From assembly GCF_000497125.1 (NCBI RefSeq), contig NC_090602.1, positions 372,001 to 436,000 on the forward strand: a stretch of 64,000 nt of DNA. Direction: 5' to 3'. The position numbers and the translations under genes are program-made. Origin of the DNA: Spironucleus salmonicida. Its lineage: Eukaryota. The notes beneath the pieces were generated by a model. That model saw nothing but the letters and a program-made list of their open reading frames with translations. It did not search any database and had not been told where the DNA came from. Below are positions 63,709 to 64,000 of the stretch, one piece after another. Positions within the stretch are counted from its first letter, which is position 1, and every line of letters starts with the position of its first letter.

Positions 63709-63745
63709 AAATAAAATATCCTAATAAATATACCATATAATATAA

Positions 63746-64000
63746 TCATTCAGAATTTTATTAATATAATAACTGCTTACTTTGTTCTAATACCGACTAA
63801 AACTCCGATAAACATTCTTATCTATGTACTAAATCTTTATTAATATTAATTAAAAAGTTATCATCTGCGTTATAAGGCTCATACATTTTGTAATATTTGT
63901 ACTTAATGGTCACCGTGGCTATAATAATCGCCAAAATAATAAGCGATGGTAATGTAAATTGTTAGTTTGTAAATACTATGTATTAATTACCTTAATATAA
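63746..64000 (-). CDS. 3' end of a membrane protein (start outside the window)
   Basis: FTLPSLIILAIIIATVTIKYKYYKMYEPYNADD...NSE*. Confidence 0.55.

Noticed and set aside
1-64000. Mass pseudogenisation or sequencing error suggested by frequent in-frame TAA/TAG
   Set aside because: These codons fall at conserved Gln positions, frames stay intact and genes end at TGA.

Overview
Gene-dense, intron-free, AT-rich eukaryotic DNA, almost certainly from a hexamitid diplomonad (best fit Spironucleus salmonicida; species is inferred, not proven). TAA and TAG encode Gln and TGA is the only stop (translation table 6), so the supplied standard-code ORF track fragments nearly every gene. Re-translated by hand, the window holds about 55 tightly packed CDS. 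Recognisable genes: DPH5, DPH1, a DHHC palmitoyltransferase, NOP15, Mps1/TTK, CCDC61/VFL3, an SP-RING protein, hybrid-cluster protein, a penta-EF-hand protein, RPL15, a TTLL, REEP/HVA22, SEC11, a membrane-anchored papain-family protease, radial spoke head, BRX1, eIF4E, an MFS transporter, a DEAH helicase, UNC119, a class 3 lipase and an LRR-TPR-DnaJ fusion. No tRNA, rRNA, CRISPR or clear mobile element was seen. Best leads: a candidate Pop8/Rpp14-like RNase P/MRP subunit, a candidate Pam16, several apparent pseudoenzymes (PRL, ABHD, SET, a K-to-R kinase, a Gcn5-like GNAT), stop codons embedded in AGTGA, near-zero or overlapping convergent gene ends, and GC-rich islands that ignore gene boundaries. 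All family calls come from motif recognition by eye with no database search. Some long ORFs were checked by end-to-end frame arithmetic rather than read codon by codon.
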